From NCBI RefSeq assembly GCF_001194135.2, contig NC_068982.1, forward strand, positions 188,503,386 through 188,537,332: DNA of 33,947 nt, in the 5' to 3' direction. The notes under the pieces are model-generated. The model did not search any database, was not told the origin of the DNA, and saw nothing but the letters and a program-made list of their open reading frames with translations. A program made the position numbers and the translations under genes. The DNA is from Octopus bimaculoides (Eukaryota). Of this stretch, positions 21,095 through 33,430 are shown piece after piece (positions within the stretch are counted from its first letter, which is position 1; each line of letters begins with the position of its first letter).

Positions 21095-21362
21095 TGTTTG
21101 TGTGTCTGTGTTTGTCCCCCCAACATCGCTTGACAACCGATGCTGGTGTGTTTACGTCTCTGTAACTTAGCGGCTCAGCAAAAGCGACCGATAGAATAAG
21201 TACTAGGCTTACANNNNNNNNNNGCGGCTCAGCAAAAGCGACCGATAGAATAAGTACTAGGCTTACAAAGAATATGTCCTGGGGTCGGTTTGCTCGACTA
21301 AAGGCGGTGCTCCAGCATGGCCGCAGTCAAATGACTGAAGCAAGTAAAAAAGTAAAAGAGAG
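21095..21362 (+). mobile_element. SINE family A, 3' half
   Basis: CCCCAACATCGCTTGACAACCGATGCTGGTGTG...GCATGGCCGCAGTCAAATGACTGAAGCAAGTAAAA; 44 bp duplicated across the gap at 21214-21223. Confidence 0.85.
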
Positions 21363-21439
21363 AGTAAACAGATATATATATATACTTTATACAGATATAT
21401 ATATACCTTTAAATAACTTCCCTCATTTCTTTTTTTTTT

Positions 21440-22345
21440 TTTTTGCACTACCACCACACTCTCACAACCTTTACTACCACCACCACCTCAACTACAATAA
21501 CCACTTTGATACCTTCCTTCAATACCACCATTATTACTTGCTTTACTTTGACTACTACTACTACTACCACCACCACCACCACCACCAACAACAACAACAA
21601 CCCCACTGTTGCCACCGCCAGCACCCACCACTGTTGTCATTGGACCCAGGGAGGAAGCCTCTATGTGGCTGGTCATTCAACTTGCTAGAAATAGCAGCCA
21701 AATCTCCCTCAAATCCCAACCTAGTGTCCCAGGGAAGGTCACACTAGATAATATGGTGCTGGGTTCGCAGTACATAGGAAAGAGATGGGGATAGTCATGG
21801 CCAGAATGTCTTTGGATACAGATTTGCCTGATCAGAGCAAACAACAACAGCTAATTTGATATTGCAATCCTCACCACTGCCCTCTCCACCACCACCACCA
21901 CCTCTATAGTCCACACTACCACCATCACCATCATAAGCCTCATCATCGCTGCTACCACCACTACCACCGCCACCATCCTAAATACCATCATCATTAACAT
22001 CAACAACACTACAACCATTACTACTACAATGACAAAATGGTAATGACAGATATCACCACTACTACTACTACCACCACCACCACTACCTACATACATCCCA
22101 ACCAATACACCACTATTGCTACTATTACTACTGCTACTACTACTACCATTACTTGAGAGCAGACTGCCAATACCTCAAAACGACCACCACCACCACCACC
22201 ACCTCTACCATCATCATCATCATCATCATCAACAGAAGTTAAACTGTCAATACCATCAAAACTGCCGCCAACACCGTCAGTGATTGGCTTCACAGCTACC
22301 ACCACTGCCACCACCACTGCCACCACCACCAAACAATCAGCCCCT
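21440..22345. repeat. Compound (CAC/TAC/CAA/CAT)n low-complexity region containing a SINE family C copy at ~21640-21850
   Basis: Direct reading; CTTGCTAGAAATAGCAGCCAAATCTCCCTCAAATC at ~21680. Confidence 0.85.
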
Positions 22346-22928
22346 GCCTATACCTTCGAAACATCTCCACCACCGACACCATCACATTTCTGTGTAACTT
22401 TTTTATGAATAACGACGTCTCCTCCTCCTCCTCCTCCTCCTTCTACCTCCCTCTCTTCCTCCTCCCTCCACACATGTCTCACCTTTACTGTTTGTTCAAT
22501 CTTATATGATATAAGCTTAGCTGTGAGTAACTAGCTCAGTCACCAGCCAACACTCTTGCAGGAGAGAACTAGCGGATCTCTGTCGATTCTTTGTGTTGCT
22601 CTGAGTACTTTGGTACACCATCCCCTCTTAAGCTAACCTAATCCAACTCACTCCCTGACCAAGGTGGACTTAGCCCCACACTCTCTTTCCTCTAGTACAC
22701 TCTACCTTTACCTATAACTCCCGTCTCCTACAACTCTGTCTCTCTCTCTGCCTCTGTGTAGAAATTGATAGACCAAAGTATAAGGGAATAAACTGAAGAA
22801 GGATATAAGAGAAAAAAAGGGGGAAGAAAGGATCACAACAACAACAACAAAAATAAGTAAAAAACAAGGGAAAAGGAGTTGTTCCAAGATCTTAGCTGTT
22901 TCAAACAGTACAAGAAGGTACTTTCACC

Positions 22929-22967
22929 ATGCCCTGCACCACCTACGACGCACCTGCTTGCAGCAAG
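22929..22967 (+). CDS. Candidate first coding exon, MPCTTYDAPACSK
   Basis: CACC-ATG start context; AAG|GTAAAT donor (phase 0); possible TATAAG (22510) and TCAGTC Inr (22536) upstream; no downstream exon identified. Confidence 0.25.
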
Positions 22968-23150
22968 GTAAATTGTGTTCTTTAATGCAATTTTAAAAGA
23001 AACTAAATTCTTGGATAATTTCTTTGGTTCTCTAATTATTATCAACTCCACTTAAGTATGTATGTGTGTGTGTGTATATTAGTGCATTTGTCTATATATG
23101 TATATATGAAGTAAATGTTGTTTTTTTTTTATTCTTATACAAGAATGTTG

Positions 23151-23245
23151 TTGACAGTAACTTCAAAGTTTTGGTCGGCTAAGCCATCGTCATTCTGCCA
23201 GTCTGATGATGGCTTAGTTGGCCGAAACTTCGAACTCACTGTCAA
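23151..23245 (+). ncRNA. 95-nt long hairpin: pre-miRNA-like fold built from two inverted hammerhead motifs
   Basis: 42 opposed positions: 34 Watson-Crick, 5 G.U, 3 single mismatches, with an 11-nt loop; the 3' arm contains CTGATGA-T-GGCT(tagtt)GGCC-GAAA-CTTCGAACT-C-ACTG. Confidence 0.75.
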
Positions 23246-23958
23246 ATTATAAATTTGTACCCGGCAAAAGTATAGAGTAAGACACCAGATTGATGTAAAA
23301 CTGTTTTTTATCATAAACATAAACACACTCATTAATATATATATATGAAGCTATACGTAAAACTTGATATAGAGGTAGAAAGACAGATATACATACATGT
23401 GTTTATGCATATACACCCAGATATATACATATACCTGTGTGTGTGTGTCTGTGTGTGTTTATATGTGTGTGTGTGTGTGTGAATAAATATATACACACAT
23501 ATATATATATATATATGTGTGTGTATTTATCTGTCTCTCCTACATATACTATTGACAGATGAAGTGATGATTGCCACAACATCTCATTTTACCTTTTACT
23601 TCTTTTGTATCTTAAGTTTTCTAATAATAACAGAAAGACACAGTGTCCCGGGGGGGAGGGGCTTACTCCCCACCCCCACCTCCACCTCAACTACTGATAC
23701 CTTTGGGAAACCCATGAACATCACTGCATTGTAGTTGCCCTCCCTTACAAAGCAGGATGTGTGTTTATATATATATATATACATATACAAATTAAAAGGG
23801 TAAAGATTTATCAATTTATTAATTTATTAATAAATCAACAATTAATAATTTTTACCAAGCCCTTCGGTATGTAAGCACCATTATCGGTGGAGAACTTATT
23901 TAAAAGTTCCCATACATTTATAAACATAATTAAGGGATCAGCAAGCATTTGCTTCACC

Positions 23959-24014
23959 ATATACCGAAGTTCAGAAATAGCAGATATAGCTGCTATTTCT
24001 GAACTTCGGTATAT
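23959..24014. repeat. Perfect 25-bp inverted repeat with a 6-nt loop
   Basis: ATATACCGAAGTTCAGAAATAGCAG-atatag-CTGCTATTTCTGAACTTCGGTATAT. Confidence 0.95.
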
Positions 24015-24233
24015 ATATACATATATACATATACATGTGTGAGTACATAAGCATTTGTATGTGTGGGTATATGTATCTCTGTATGTGCGTGTGTGTCTGA
24101 TATACCTTAACTTTCTCGTCTCCATCACCACCACTGCCACCACCACCACCACCACCACCACCACACCTGTTCTATAATAGTCATTCATAATGTTATTTAA
24201 ATGTGTGTGTCCTCTGTGTTGTCCTTCTGTTAC

Positions 24234-24482
24234 CTGAAGCCACAACTAGTACAGTGTCTCCATTCACATATTTTGCTAAACTCCGCCTCTTCTGAATTTA
24301 ATTTCTCAAACTATTTTAAGAATTTAGTTTCTGTGTTTCTTAATTTCTCAACAAATGGTTTTCTTCCAGTGTTGTTGGATTTCTTTGTTTTCTTTTGTCT
24401 TTATTAGATTTCAGCCCATCGGATTTTTTCTTAATTGAATTTTTGCTAATTAAATTCATAAATAACACCATATATTTATGTC
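24234..24482 (-). other. Candidate spliced exon, non-coding over its full 249 nt; alternative 77-nt version from 24310 reads FEKLNSEEAEFSKICEWRHCTSCGF
   Basis: Acceptor GCTTCTTTGCAG|G and donor CAG|GTAACA; stops in all three frames of the long form. Confidence 0.2.
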
Positions 24483-24811
24483 CTGCAAAGAAGCTGTCAC
24501 TGTTACAGTTACAAACAAAAATAGATGCTCGTGTTTATGAATGTCAGAATTTTTCTTTTTAGCTGATTATTTTACAAATTCAGACTATTGTATTTCTTGG
24601 GAATTTTTGACATTCAGAAAATTTACACAAACCCACACATATTGTGTGTGCACATATGCATAGTGGTGGTGGTAGTGGTAATGGTGTGTGTGTGTGTATC
24701 AAGATATATATATTATTAGATGTAAATAAAAATGTGTGTAAACATGAATATACACTTTTACACATATAAATATAAAGCTAGGCTTTGATAACATTGTGTA
24801 ATATGATTTCT

Positions 24812-25000
24812 GTGAGCTGGCAGAAATGTTAGCACGCCAGGTGAAATGCTTAGTGTTCTGAGTTCAAATTCCGCCAAGGTTGACTTTGCCTTTCATCCTT
24901 TCGGGGTCGATAAATTAAGTACGAGTTGTGTACTGGGGTCGATCTAATTGACTGGCCCCCTCCCAAAAAATTTCGGGCCTTGTGCCTAGGGTAGAAAAGA
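24812..25000 (+). mobile_element. tRNA-derived SINE family D with a Nin/Deu-like central domain
   Basis: GAGTTCAAATTCCGCC B-box followed by GACTTTGCCTTTCATCCTTTCGGGGTCGATAAATTAAGTAC; domain name from memory. Confidence 0.75.
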
Positions 25001-25040
25001 ATATGATTACAGTCATAAATTTTAAATAAATATACAACAC

Positions 25041-25140
<100 letters not shown>

Positions 25141-25505
25141 CTGTATATTTAGAAGTTTGTTTCCTAGCCATATGGTCTCAGGTTCAGTCCTCCTGCATGT
25201 CACGTTGGACAGGTGTCTTCTATTATAGCCTTGGGCCAACCAAAGACTTATGAGTGGATTTGATAGATGGAAACTGAAAGAAGCCCATCGTGTTTGTGTG
25301 TGTGTTTGTCCCCCACCACTGCTTGACAGCCAGTGTTGGTGTGTTTACATCCCCATAACTTAGCAGTTTGACAGAAAAGACTGATGGAATAAGTACCAGG
25401 CTTTAAAAAACATAAGTACTTGGCTCAATACATTCAACTAAAATTCTTCAAAGCAGTGCTCCAGCCTGACCACAGTCTAATGATTGAAACAAGTAAAAGA
25501 TGAAG
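25141..25505 (+). mobile_element. SINE family A, near full-length, diverged
   Basis: GGTTCAGTCC B-box, body motifs and 3' CAAGTAAAAGA. Confidence 0.85.
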
Positions 25506-25639
25506 GAAAAAAAGACACACAGGTGAAAAACAAATGCAAAAAAGAGAGAAAGCAAACTGACTGAGGTGTCAAACAGGTGGAGAATTTTATGGAAGAAACA
25601 AGAAGAGGTTTTGCCAAGAATTAATTGGAAACAGGATTT

Positions 25640-26810
25640 GCCTGGGATTGAGATGAAGTTTGACTTTGTGCCAATAAGAGGTACGACCAATATCACTTTG
25701 CTAATGAGACAACTACAAGAGAGGTACTTAGATAGGTGTAAGTTTTGTACCTAGATTCCATTGATTTGGAGGCACCTTTTGGCATCCTTTCACTCTGTGA
25801 TTTGGTTGTCACTTTGGAAACTAGGGAGAGATGAATGGTCTGTGAGGGCTTTAGAAACCATGTACAGAGGGGCAGTCAGCAATGATTTTAGCAACAAATT
25901 CAGCTTGCAAGTATTGGTCTGTCAGAACTTTGTTTACAGACCCCTTTTATTTATTATACCTCTGAAAACAGCATAATTTAAGACCATTTGATTCCTTAAG
26001 TACTCCAGTATAATGAAGACGTAGTTCTTCTGAAGAACTGAAACAATTCCTGACATGGAAGCAAAACCTGGATTTTAAGGGCCCAAAAGAAAAAGTTTTT
26101 GTAAGCAGGGAGATAAGATCCTGCTACCATCAGAGAAAGGGTTAAAGTTTGTTTGCAGTAAAGGAATTGGTAAAAATTTGCAGAAAAGTACCTCATGTAA
26201 ACAGTGGGCAAAAGAGGTGCAGTGGGGGAGTGGGGCAGACACAAGGGGACTAACAGAGAAAGTAGAGAAGTAGCTACAGAGGTGGAAATAGGCCTTAAGA
26301 ATATTTGAGAGGTTCACTCAAATGGCTAGATGTCCCCAGAGAAATAGTTGATTGCTTTTGTTTCCCAAATGATCTAATTTGCAATGGGATCTGGGGTAAA
26401 AGATGTTCAATAAGTCTAGTGACAGATTAAAAAGGGATTGGAAAATTTTCAAGGAGCCCAGACCGTTTTTGGCAATGAAGAACAGCTTCTCTCTCAAAGT
26501 CAAGGGCAGTTTGAATGTTATTTGTGTGTGGTGTTGGATTTTGGAAGAGAGTGAATGAAGCAAGCAGGATCTGCTGAATGTGGAATGATACAGAAGTACA
26601 AATGAGCTGAGATATAAGAGAGAATTTGAATAGTGTACAAGACAGAAGACTGTTCTTGAGCAGGAATATGGTGCAGTATGATGTGTATGGAAGACTATGG
26701 CAGCTTAAGGAAATGGTTGGCACTCAAAGTGAATGAGGTTTGTGGATAAGAGAGACAGGGAAAGACTCAGGGCATGGTAGCAAAGACTGATATCAAGATG
26801 CTACATATTA
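25640..26810 (+). mobile_element. Decayed RTE-clade LINE reverse transcriptase region
   Basis: IEMKFDFVPIRGTTNITLLMRQLQERY (RT motif QFGF.PGRST.D.IF.LRQLQEKY); IWLSLWKLGRDEWSVRALETMY; RPLLFII; degenerate YADD site (YNED near 26008); many stops and frameshifts. Confidence 0.8.
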
Positions 26811-26875
26811 CAAAAGGGATGATAAAGGGCCATATTGATGGGTGATATACAGTGGGCCTTTATCCATGCTACATC

Positions 26876-26877
26876 AC

Positions 26878-26933
<56 letters not shown>
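26876..26933. repeat. (CT)n microsatellite running into a gap
   Basis: Direct reading. Confidence 0.95.
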
Positions 26934-27699
26934 NNNNNNNNNNNNNNNNNNNNNNNNNNNNNNNNNNNNNNNNNNNNNNNNNNNNNNNNNNNNNNNNNNN
27001 NNNNNNNNNNNNNNNNNNNNNNNNNNNNNNNNNNNNNNNNNNNNNNNNNNNNNNNNNNNNNNNNNNNNNNNNNNNNNNNNNNNNNNNNNNNNNNNNNNNN
27101 NNNNNNNNNNNNNNNNNNNNNNNNNNNNNNNNNNNNNNNNNNNNNNNNNNNNNNNNNNNNNNNNNNNNNNNNNNNNNNNNNNNNNNNNNNNNNNNNNNNN
27201 NNNNNNNNNNNNNNNNNNNNNNNNNNNNNNNNNNNNNNNNNNNNNNNNNNNNNNNNNNNNNNNNNNNNNNNNNNNNNNNNNNNNNNNNNNNNNNNNNNNN
27301 ATATATATATATATACAAGAGTAAACAAGAGAGATAGAGACAGGCAGAAACAAGGAAAATGCCCCTTGTATTTGAATACTATGCAAATATTCTTTTAAAA
27401 TATTTTTCATTTAATTTTTCCCAAATTTAATTATTTTCCATACTTACAGTTGAAAAAGTCTCAATGACTGAAACGTTTTTTATAAAGTTATTCTAGCATT
27501 TTCTACCTTGACTTTTTTTCCATATATATATATATATATATAGGCTGTTGTTATTGCTGGCTGGGATGCTCTCACAGCATTCACTCTATGATACCCACTC
27601 CTATCTCTCTCTCTCTCACTGTCCTTGTATTACGCAAGCAAATTGGCCTGTTGCGTAATTTGCTTCACACTCTTCCTCAGTATCACCAGCATACACCTG

Positions 27700-27733
<34 letters not shown>

Positions 27734-27879
27734 AACATACACAAGTATGTATAATATGCAATGTCACATGGACAGAATATATTGAAGACATGTCTCTGTT
27801 CACATTTAATCTTATTAAAATTTTTTCAAATTTCCTTATTAGTTTATCATGTTTATTTGGGAATAGTGCACTTCCTGTG

Positions 27880-28112
27880 CACACGTGTATGTGTGTGTGT
27901 GTCTCCTTGTCTTGACATTGCATGGTAGTTGTAAATGAGTGTCCCTGTCATACAAGCGGTGTCATTCATTTCCAGTGTTCTGTGAGAACATGTCTGGTCA
28001 TGGGAAAATACTACTTGGCTTGGAGACAGAGGATGGTTGGCAACAGGAAGGGCACCCCACCCTAGAAGCATGGAAAAGTGAATGTCAAAATGATGATGAT
28101 GATGATGATGAT
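27880..28112 (+). mobile_element. RTE-tailed SINE variant with (GAT)n tail
   Basis: GGTTGGCAACAGGAAGGGCA...GCATGGAAAAGTGAATGTCAAAATGATGATG. Confidence 0.75.
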
Positions 28113-29232
28113 GATATATGTTACATGGTATGTGGGAAATGAGTGTTATGATGATGCAACTGTACCTCTACTTCTATTAAAGGTCTTACGGTATCTATGG
28201 TCTGTGAATGCAACTAGACAGTGCCAAATATCCCATCATCTCTATCTAGAGTTAGGACCAGATAGTTTGATTGCTAAGGGTTCAAAAGCCTACAGATTTT
28301 TCAATATGCTGATGTAAATATGTTCAAACACTTGAGATTCTTGATGAATCTCTTTTGTGACAAGAGCCATGAAATGAGGGCAAAAGTACCAGATTCCCAA
28401 GTTCATCAAAATCCAACCACATAAGTCAGGTTATGTAGAAAGAGTAGCAACAATAACTGTGCTGCTCCAATATGGCCACAGACCATGAGCTGGAACAAAT
28501 GAATGAAAGTGTAAAAGGTGCATTTATTAAATTGTGATATATATTTAGATATATAGAGTGTTTTGGATTTCAAGTGTCACCTTATTCAACCTATCTAATT
28601 GAATAACTGCAATGTTACATTAAATGACAGTGGCTTCAAAGATAGGCTTCCTTACATAAAGTACAACACTAATATTCATAACCACAGAAGTAGAAAATGA
28701 AATATTGGATGGTAAAATCCACCCGCTAGTTTAAATGTTGCTTAAATTTTTCTCAAACTTATTAGTATGTATTTCCCATAAATAACATAAGATATTTAAT
28801 AAGGTAGTCTTAAGGTAAGCTAAAATTGCACCAAAACTTTTGTTGCTTCCATAACCAGGATAAACAGAAGAAACCATTCCACTATGAACACACAAAATTC
28901 TTTGCTATATAATTGAATCCACACTAATATCTACTTCTTTGAGAATTGTGTCTTTCTAAAACATTAGTTTATTGATCTAAGCTGACCAAATATCAGTGAA
29001 ACAAAAAGCTATATAGAGCTAACTACAAATACTCTTAAATAAGATTCTCACAATATTCATATACATAAAAGCAAATTTGCAGAATCGTTAGAGTGTAAAA
29101 CTTTTAATAGGTTTCTGACTATCAGCACACTGAGATCAAATCCCATTGAGGTTAACTTTGCTTATCATTGTTTCAAAGAAAATAAAATAAAGTGCAAGTC
29201 TAGGGCAGTAAATTGACAGAATTGTTAGAATG

Positions 29233-29402
29233 TCAGTCTTGAAGCCTTGCTTTCTGGGGTTTTGGGTGACAGACGTAGTCTGGCCGAACATTACAAGCTG
29301 ATCCCTGTGTACATTTAATAGAGCTAACTTTGTTGCAAGCATTTGAACCAGGTTCCCAAGAATTTGTCACCTCATCTATTTCTCTCAGTAGCCTTAAAAG
29401 CC
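29233..29402 (-). CDS. Candidate terminal exon encoding a Cys-spaced peptide (LLRLLREIDEVTNSWEPGSNACNKVSSIKCTQGSACNVRPDYVCHPKPQKARLQD*)
   Basis: Acceptor CTTGCTATATTTCCAG|GG; 55 open codons to TGA in non-repeat sequence; no homologue recognised. Confidence 0.18.
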
Positions 29403-30464
29403 CTGGAAATATAGCAAGTCATGAGTACTATCCCTCCCACCTTGATAAGCAGCGAGAAAGAAAAAAACAAATAAAAAACATTCAGGCACTCTGACAGATG
29501 CTTCACCACCTCACTCTCCAAATATATCTGGAATTTAAAAGATGATAAAATCAGCATTTGGCCTATTACACAAAATATGTCCCTGACATAAATTATATAG
29601 AATGTCTGAATTTTGTCACTTACAGAAGTAGCATTCTGTTCTGTCCTTTTACAATTTTAAAACAAAACAAAAAAAAAACTGGAATTGGTAAATTCTTAAA
29701 GACGCTTTCATTGCAATTTATCAAAGAATCTCCAACTGCCAGATGGATATAGTAGTTTGTTTCATAAATAACGGATTTGCCACATCATGAAATATGGCCA
29801 TAATTAACATAAAATGTCTATTTATCAATACTAAAACTTTATTAACAATGACTACCTTCCTTGCTTCCATGTGTTATGCATTACTTGCTTAACTCACTTC
29901 CTCGGTAATACCAGAATACGCCTACACACTAATAAATATAATCTGTGGCACATCTCCATACCCTATACACTTTTGAAAAATCTAAAATGAAACTGGTCAA
30001 GTGTATTCCTATACTTTAAAGTCTAATTAAATTCTGATTAATTCTGATATATTCTCTGTGCATTTTTGACTTCATGTCTGTTCCTCCATTTGTTTGGATT
30101 AATAACGATTTACACAAACACACACACACATACACACACATGTGTATGTCCATATGATACTACAGACATTAAGGCATCACGTGTTTTGCATGTAAATGTA
30201 TAAAAATATCATGTGTTCAGTGCATGAAGATTGCAGAGATGAATGTGTGACGCATTCTCTAACATGAGTTGTTGTTGTTTTTTGTTTCTGTTTGGCAGTC
30301 AATCAAATCTTGATGCACTGTTGCTGAATTATATTTTGATGTATTGGCAAATATTTTTGCTGGTAGAGTGTCACACAGCTTCCATACTCTTAAATGTTTA
30401 AACAATGAACAATGTTAAGACTTCTGATTTAAGAAGCTTCAACCTCTAATAAAATGCAGTATCA

Positions 30465-30610
30465 TCATCATCATTTAATGTCCACTTCCCCATGTCAGAT
30501 GGAATTATTGTGGCAGAATTTCTACAGCCAGATGCCCTTCCTGTTGCTAACCTTCACCTGTTTTCCTAACAAGATAATATTTCTTCATGAAACAGTGGAA
30601 ACAAACGATA
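30465..30610 (-). mobile_element. RTE-tailed SINE variant fragment
   Basis: CATCATCATTTAATGTCCACTT...AGATGCCCTTCC. Confidence 0.7.
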
Positions 30611-30619
30611 TCACTCGTT

Positions 30620-31002
30620 TCTTTTATTTTTCATATGTTTCAATTATTAGACTGTGGCCATGCTGGGGCACTGCTTTGAAGAATTTTTAGTTCAAATGAA
30701 TCAACCCCTGTACTTTTTTTTAAGCATAGCACTTATTCTATCAGTCTCTTGCCAAACCGCTAAGTCACAAGAATGTAAACACACCAACACCAGTTGTCAT
30801 GCGGTGGTGGGGAACAAACACAGACACGAAGATACACACACACATATATATGACAGGCTTCTTTCAGTTTCTATCAACCAAATCCACTCATAAGGTTTTG
30901 GCCAGCCCTGGGCCATAGTAGAAGGTACCTGCCCAAAGTATCACACTGCAGGACTGAACCCAGAACCATGTGGTTGGGAAGCAAACTTCTTACAACACAG
31001 CC
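30620..31002 (-). mobile_element. Near full-length SINE family A
   Basis: Reverse complement of 10471-10838 throughout. Confidence 0.9.
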
Positions 31003-31039
31003 ATCACATGATGTCAAAACAAAGGTCAAAACACACACA

Positions 31040-31172
31040 CACATGTCTACCAAATCTGCTTACAAGACTTTGGTCAACATGGGGCTATAGTAAAAGACAC
31101 TTGTCCCAAGGTGCCGCAGTGTGACTGAACCCAAGGACACATGGTTGGAAAGCAATATTCTTAACCACAGAG
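31040..31172 (-). mobile_element. SINE family A, 5' half
   Basis: GACACTTGTCCCAAGGTGCCGCAGTGTGACTGAACCC. Confidence 0.8.
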
Positions 31173-31539
31173 CTCAAAATTTATATATAATACATACATA
31201 TAGTATATATTCACAGATTTACATACATATAGACACATGCACACATACACACACACACCTGTGTAATTCTTCTCTCATGCATACACTAGACAATGATCTC
31301 CCTCTTTGTACTCTTAACCTTAAAAGTCAAGTATCCTCTAACTCACCCACCTTTCAATACTCACTCATTCCTTCACCCCTCTCTCCCTCTGTCTCTATCT
31401 GTCTGTCTATCTCTTCATATTTAGTTCGCTCTGTCTCTCTCTCTAATTCTAAGTTTTTGTTCTGCTCCCCCCCACCACTCCACCATCACCACCTTCTATA
31501 TATAATTTCGTTTTATCTTTCCAATTCACTGCTTCCTCT

Positions 31540-32241
31540 CACTTCCTCTCTCTCTCTCTCTCTATCTATCTATGTCTGCATCTAGCTATCTTTCTATCTA
31601 ATTATATGTATGTGTATGTATGTATATGTATGTATGTGTGTGTATGTATGTATGTATGTATATGTATGTATGTATGTATGTATGTATATGTATGTATGTG
31701 TATGTATCTACGTGTATGTATATATGTATGTATGTATATATATGTATGTATATATGTATATATATTATGTATACATATATGAATGTATATATATATATAT
31801 TTATATATATGTACGTATATATATGTATTTATATATATGTATATATATATGTATTTATATATATATATGTATATATGTGTATGTATATATATATATATGT
31901 ATATATATGTATATATATATATATATGTGTANNNNNNNNNNNNNNNNNNNNNNNNNNNNNNNNNNNNNNNNNNNNNNNNNNNNNNNNNNNNNNNNNNNNN
32001 NNNNNNNNNNNNNNNNNNNNNNNNNNNNNNNNNNNNNNNNNNNNNNNNNNNNNNNNNNNNNNNNNNNNNNNNNNNNNNNNNNNNNNNNNNNNNNNNNNNN
32101 NNNNNNNNNNNNNNNNNNNNNNNNNNNNNNNNNNNNNNNNNNNNNNNNNNNNNNNNNNNNNNNNNNNNNNNNNNNNNNNNNNNNNNNNNNNNNNNNNNNN
32201 NNNNNNNNNNNNNNNNNNNNNNNNNNNNNNNNNNNNNNNNN

Positions 32242-32284
<43 letters not shown>

Positions 32285-32341
32285 TAAATGTACACATACA
32301 CTCACACATATATCAATCTCTTTCCCCCTATATATTATATT

Positions 32342-32375
<34 letters not shown>
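31540..32375. repeat. (CT)n, (TATG)n, (TA)n and (CA)n microsatellites with an internal gap
   Basis: Direct reading. Confidence 0.95.
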
Positions 32376-32378
<3 letters not shown>

Positions 32379-32659
32379 CTATCTTTTCTTTGTTCTACAA
32401 GGAAGAAGCTAGACACAGAAATCAGTGATGTAATGTTGGAGATGTTGGCAGTAAATGTTGTTGTTGTTGTTGTTGTTGTTGTAGCAGTAATATCTATTAT
32501 TAGCCACAGCCCAGTCAGTCCAAGTAAACAACTCTCACTGCTCCTCTCTCCCTCTCGCTCTCTCTCTCTCTCTCTCTCACTCCCCTTCACATTATTATGC
32601 AGCTGAGATGATGGCTGTGATGTCATGTACTATTTACATCACACATTTGTAATGTTGAC

Positions 32660-33430
32660 CTCATGGTTGTGGTGGTGGTGGCGGGGAGAGGATGGTAGGC
32701 TAATTGGTAGGGGTTATTACTGAAGGTGTTGATGATGGTGGTGGTGGTGGTGGTGGTGGTGGTGGCACCAAAGGTGTTTCTGTTGTTTGTAGCATTGGCA
32801 GTGATGGCTGTGGTGTGTTGGCGGTAGTAGTGAGGGTGATGATTGAAGTTGTGGTGGTCATGGTGGGGTGGATAAGGCTGATAGCAGTGTAGCGGGTAGG
32901 GCAAGAGGTATATTGAAGGGGTCAGTGGTGGTAATGGTGGTGGTGGTCATGAAGTTAGTATTGGTGATAGTAGCAGTAGTGGTGTGTGGTTAACAGTTGT
33001 TTAACTCCAAGTCACCTCTGATCAAACAAGACAGCCAGAAACACAAACGTTCCAGCCATGGCCATCCTGTAAAAAAGTACAAGCTGGTCATGTCTCTTGT
33101 GATGGTAATGGTGGTGGTTGTAGTTGTGAGTAGTTAAGGTTGTAGTGGCTGTAGTAGAAAGTGGTCAACAAGAGTGGTGGTGGTGGCAGTATTGGCAATA
33201 GTAGGGTGGATGGCCATTAAGGTGAAATTAGGCTTTTGTAATGGTAGAGTTCTTGCAGGTGGTGGTAAAAGCGGTGGCCCTACAGAGAGAAAGGAGGAGT
33301 TGGTATGGATGAGGATAGTAGGAGGGATGGTGGTGGTGGTTGGAGTAGATATGGAGATGGTGGAAGTTGGTTGTTGTTAGGGTTCTTGAAGATGGTTCAT
33401 GGTAGCAGTATAGGTTCTAGTGCTGCTGCT
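32660..33430. repeat. Degenerate (GGT/GTA/GAT)n low-complexity region with a SINE family C remnant at ~32990-33090
   Basis: Direct reading; CAAGTCACCTCTGATCAAA..TTCCAGCCATGGCCATCCTG is similar to 18100-18360. Confidence 0.75.

Noticed and set aside
21170-21267. 44-bp direct repeat inside a SINE
   Set aside because: It exactly flanks a 10-N gap, so it is an unmerged contig overlap
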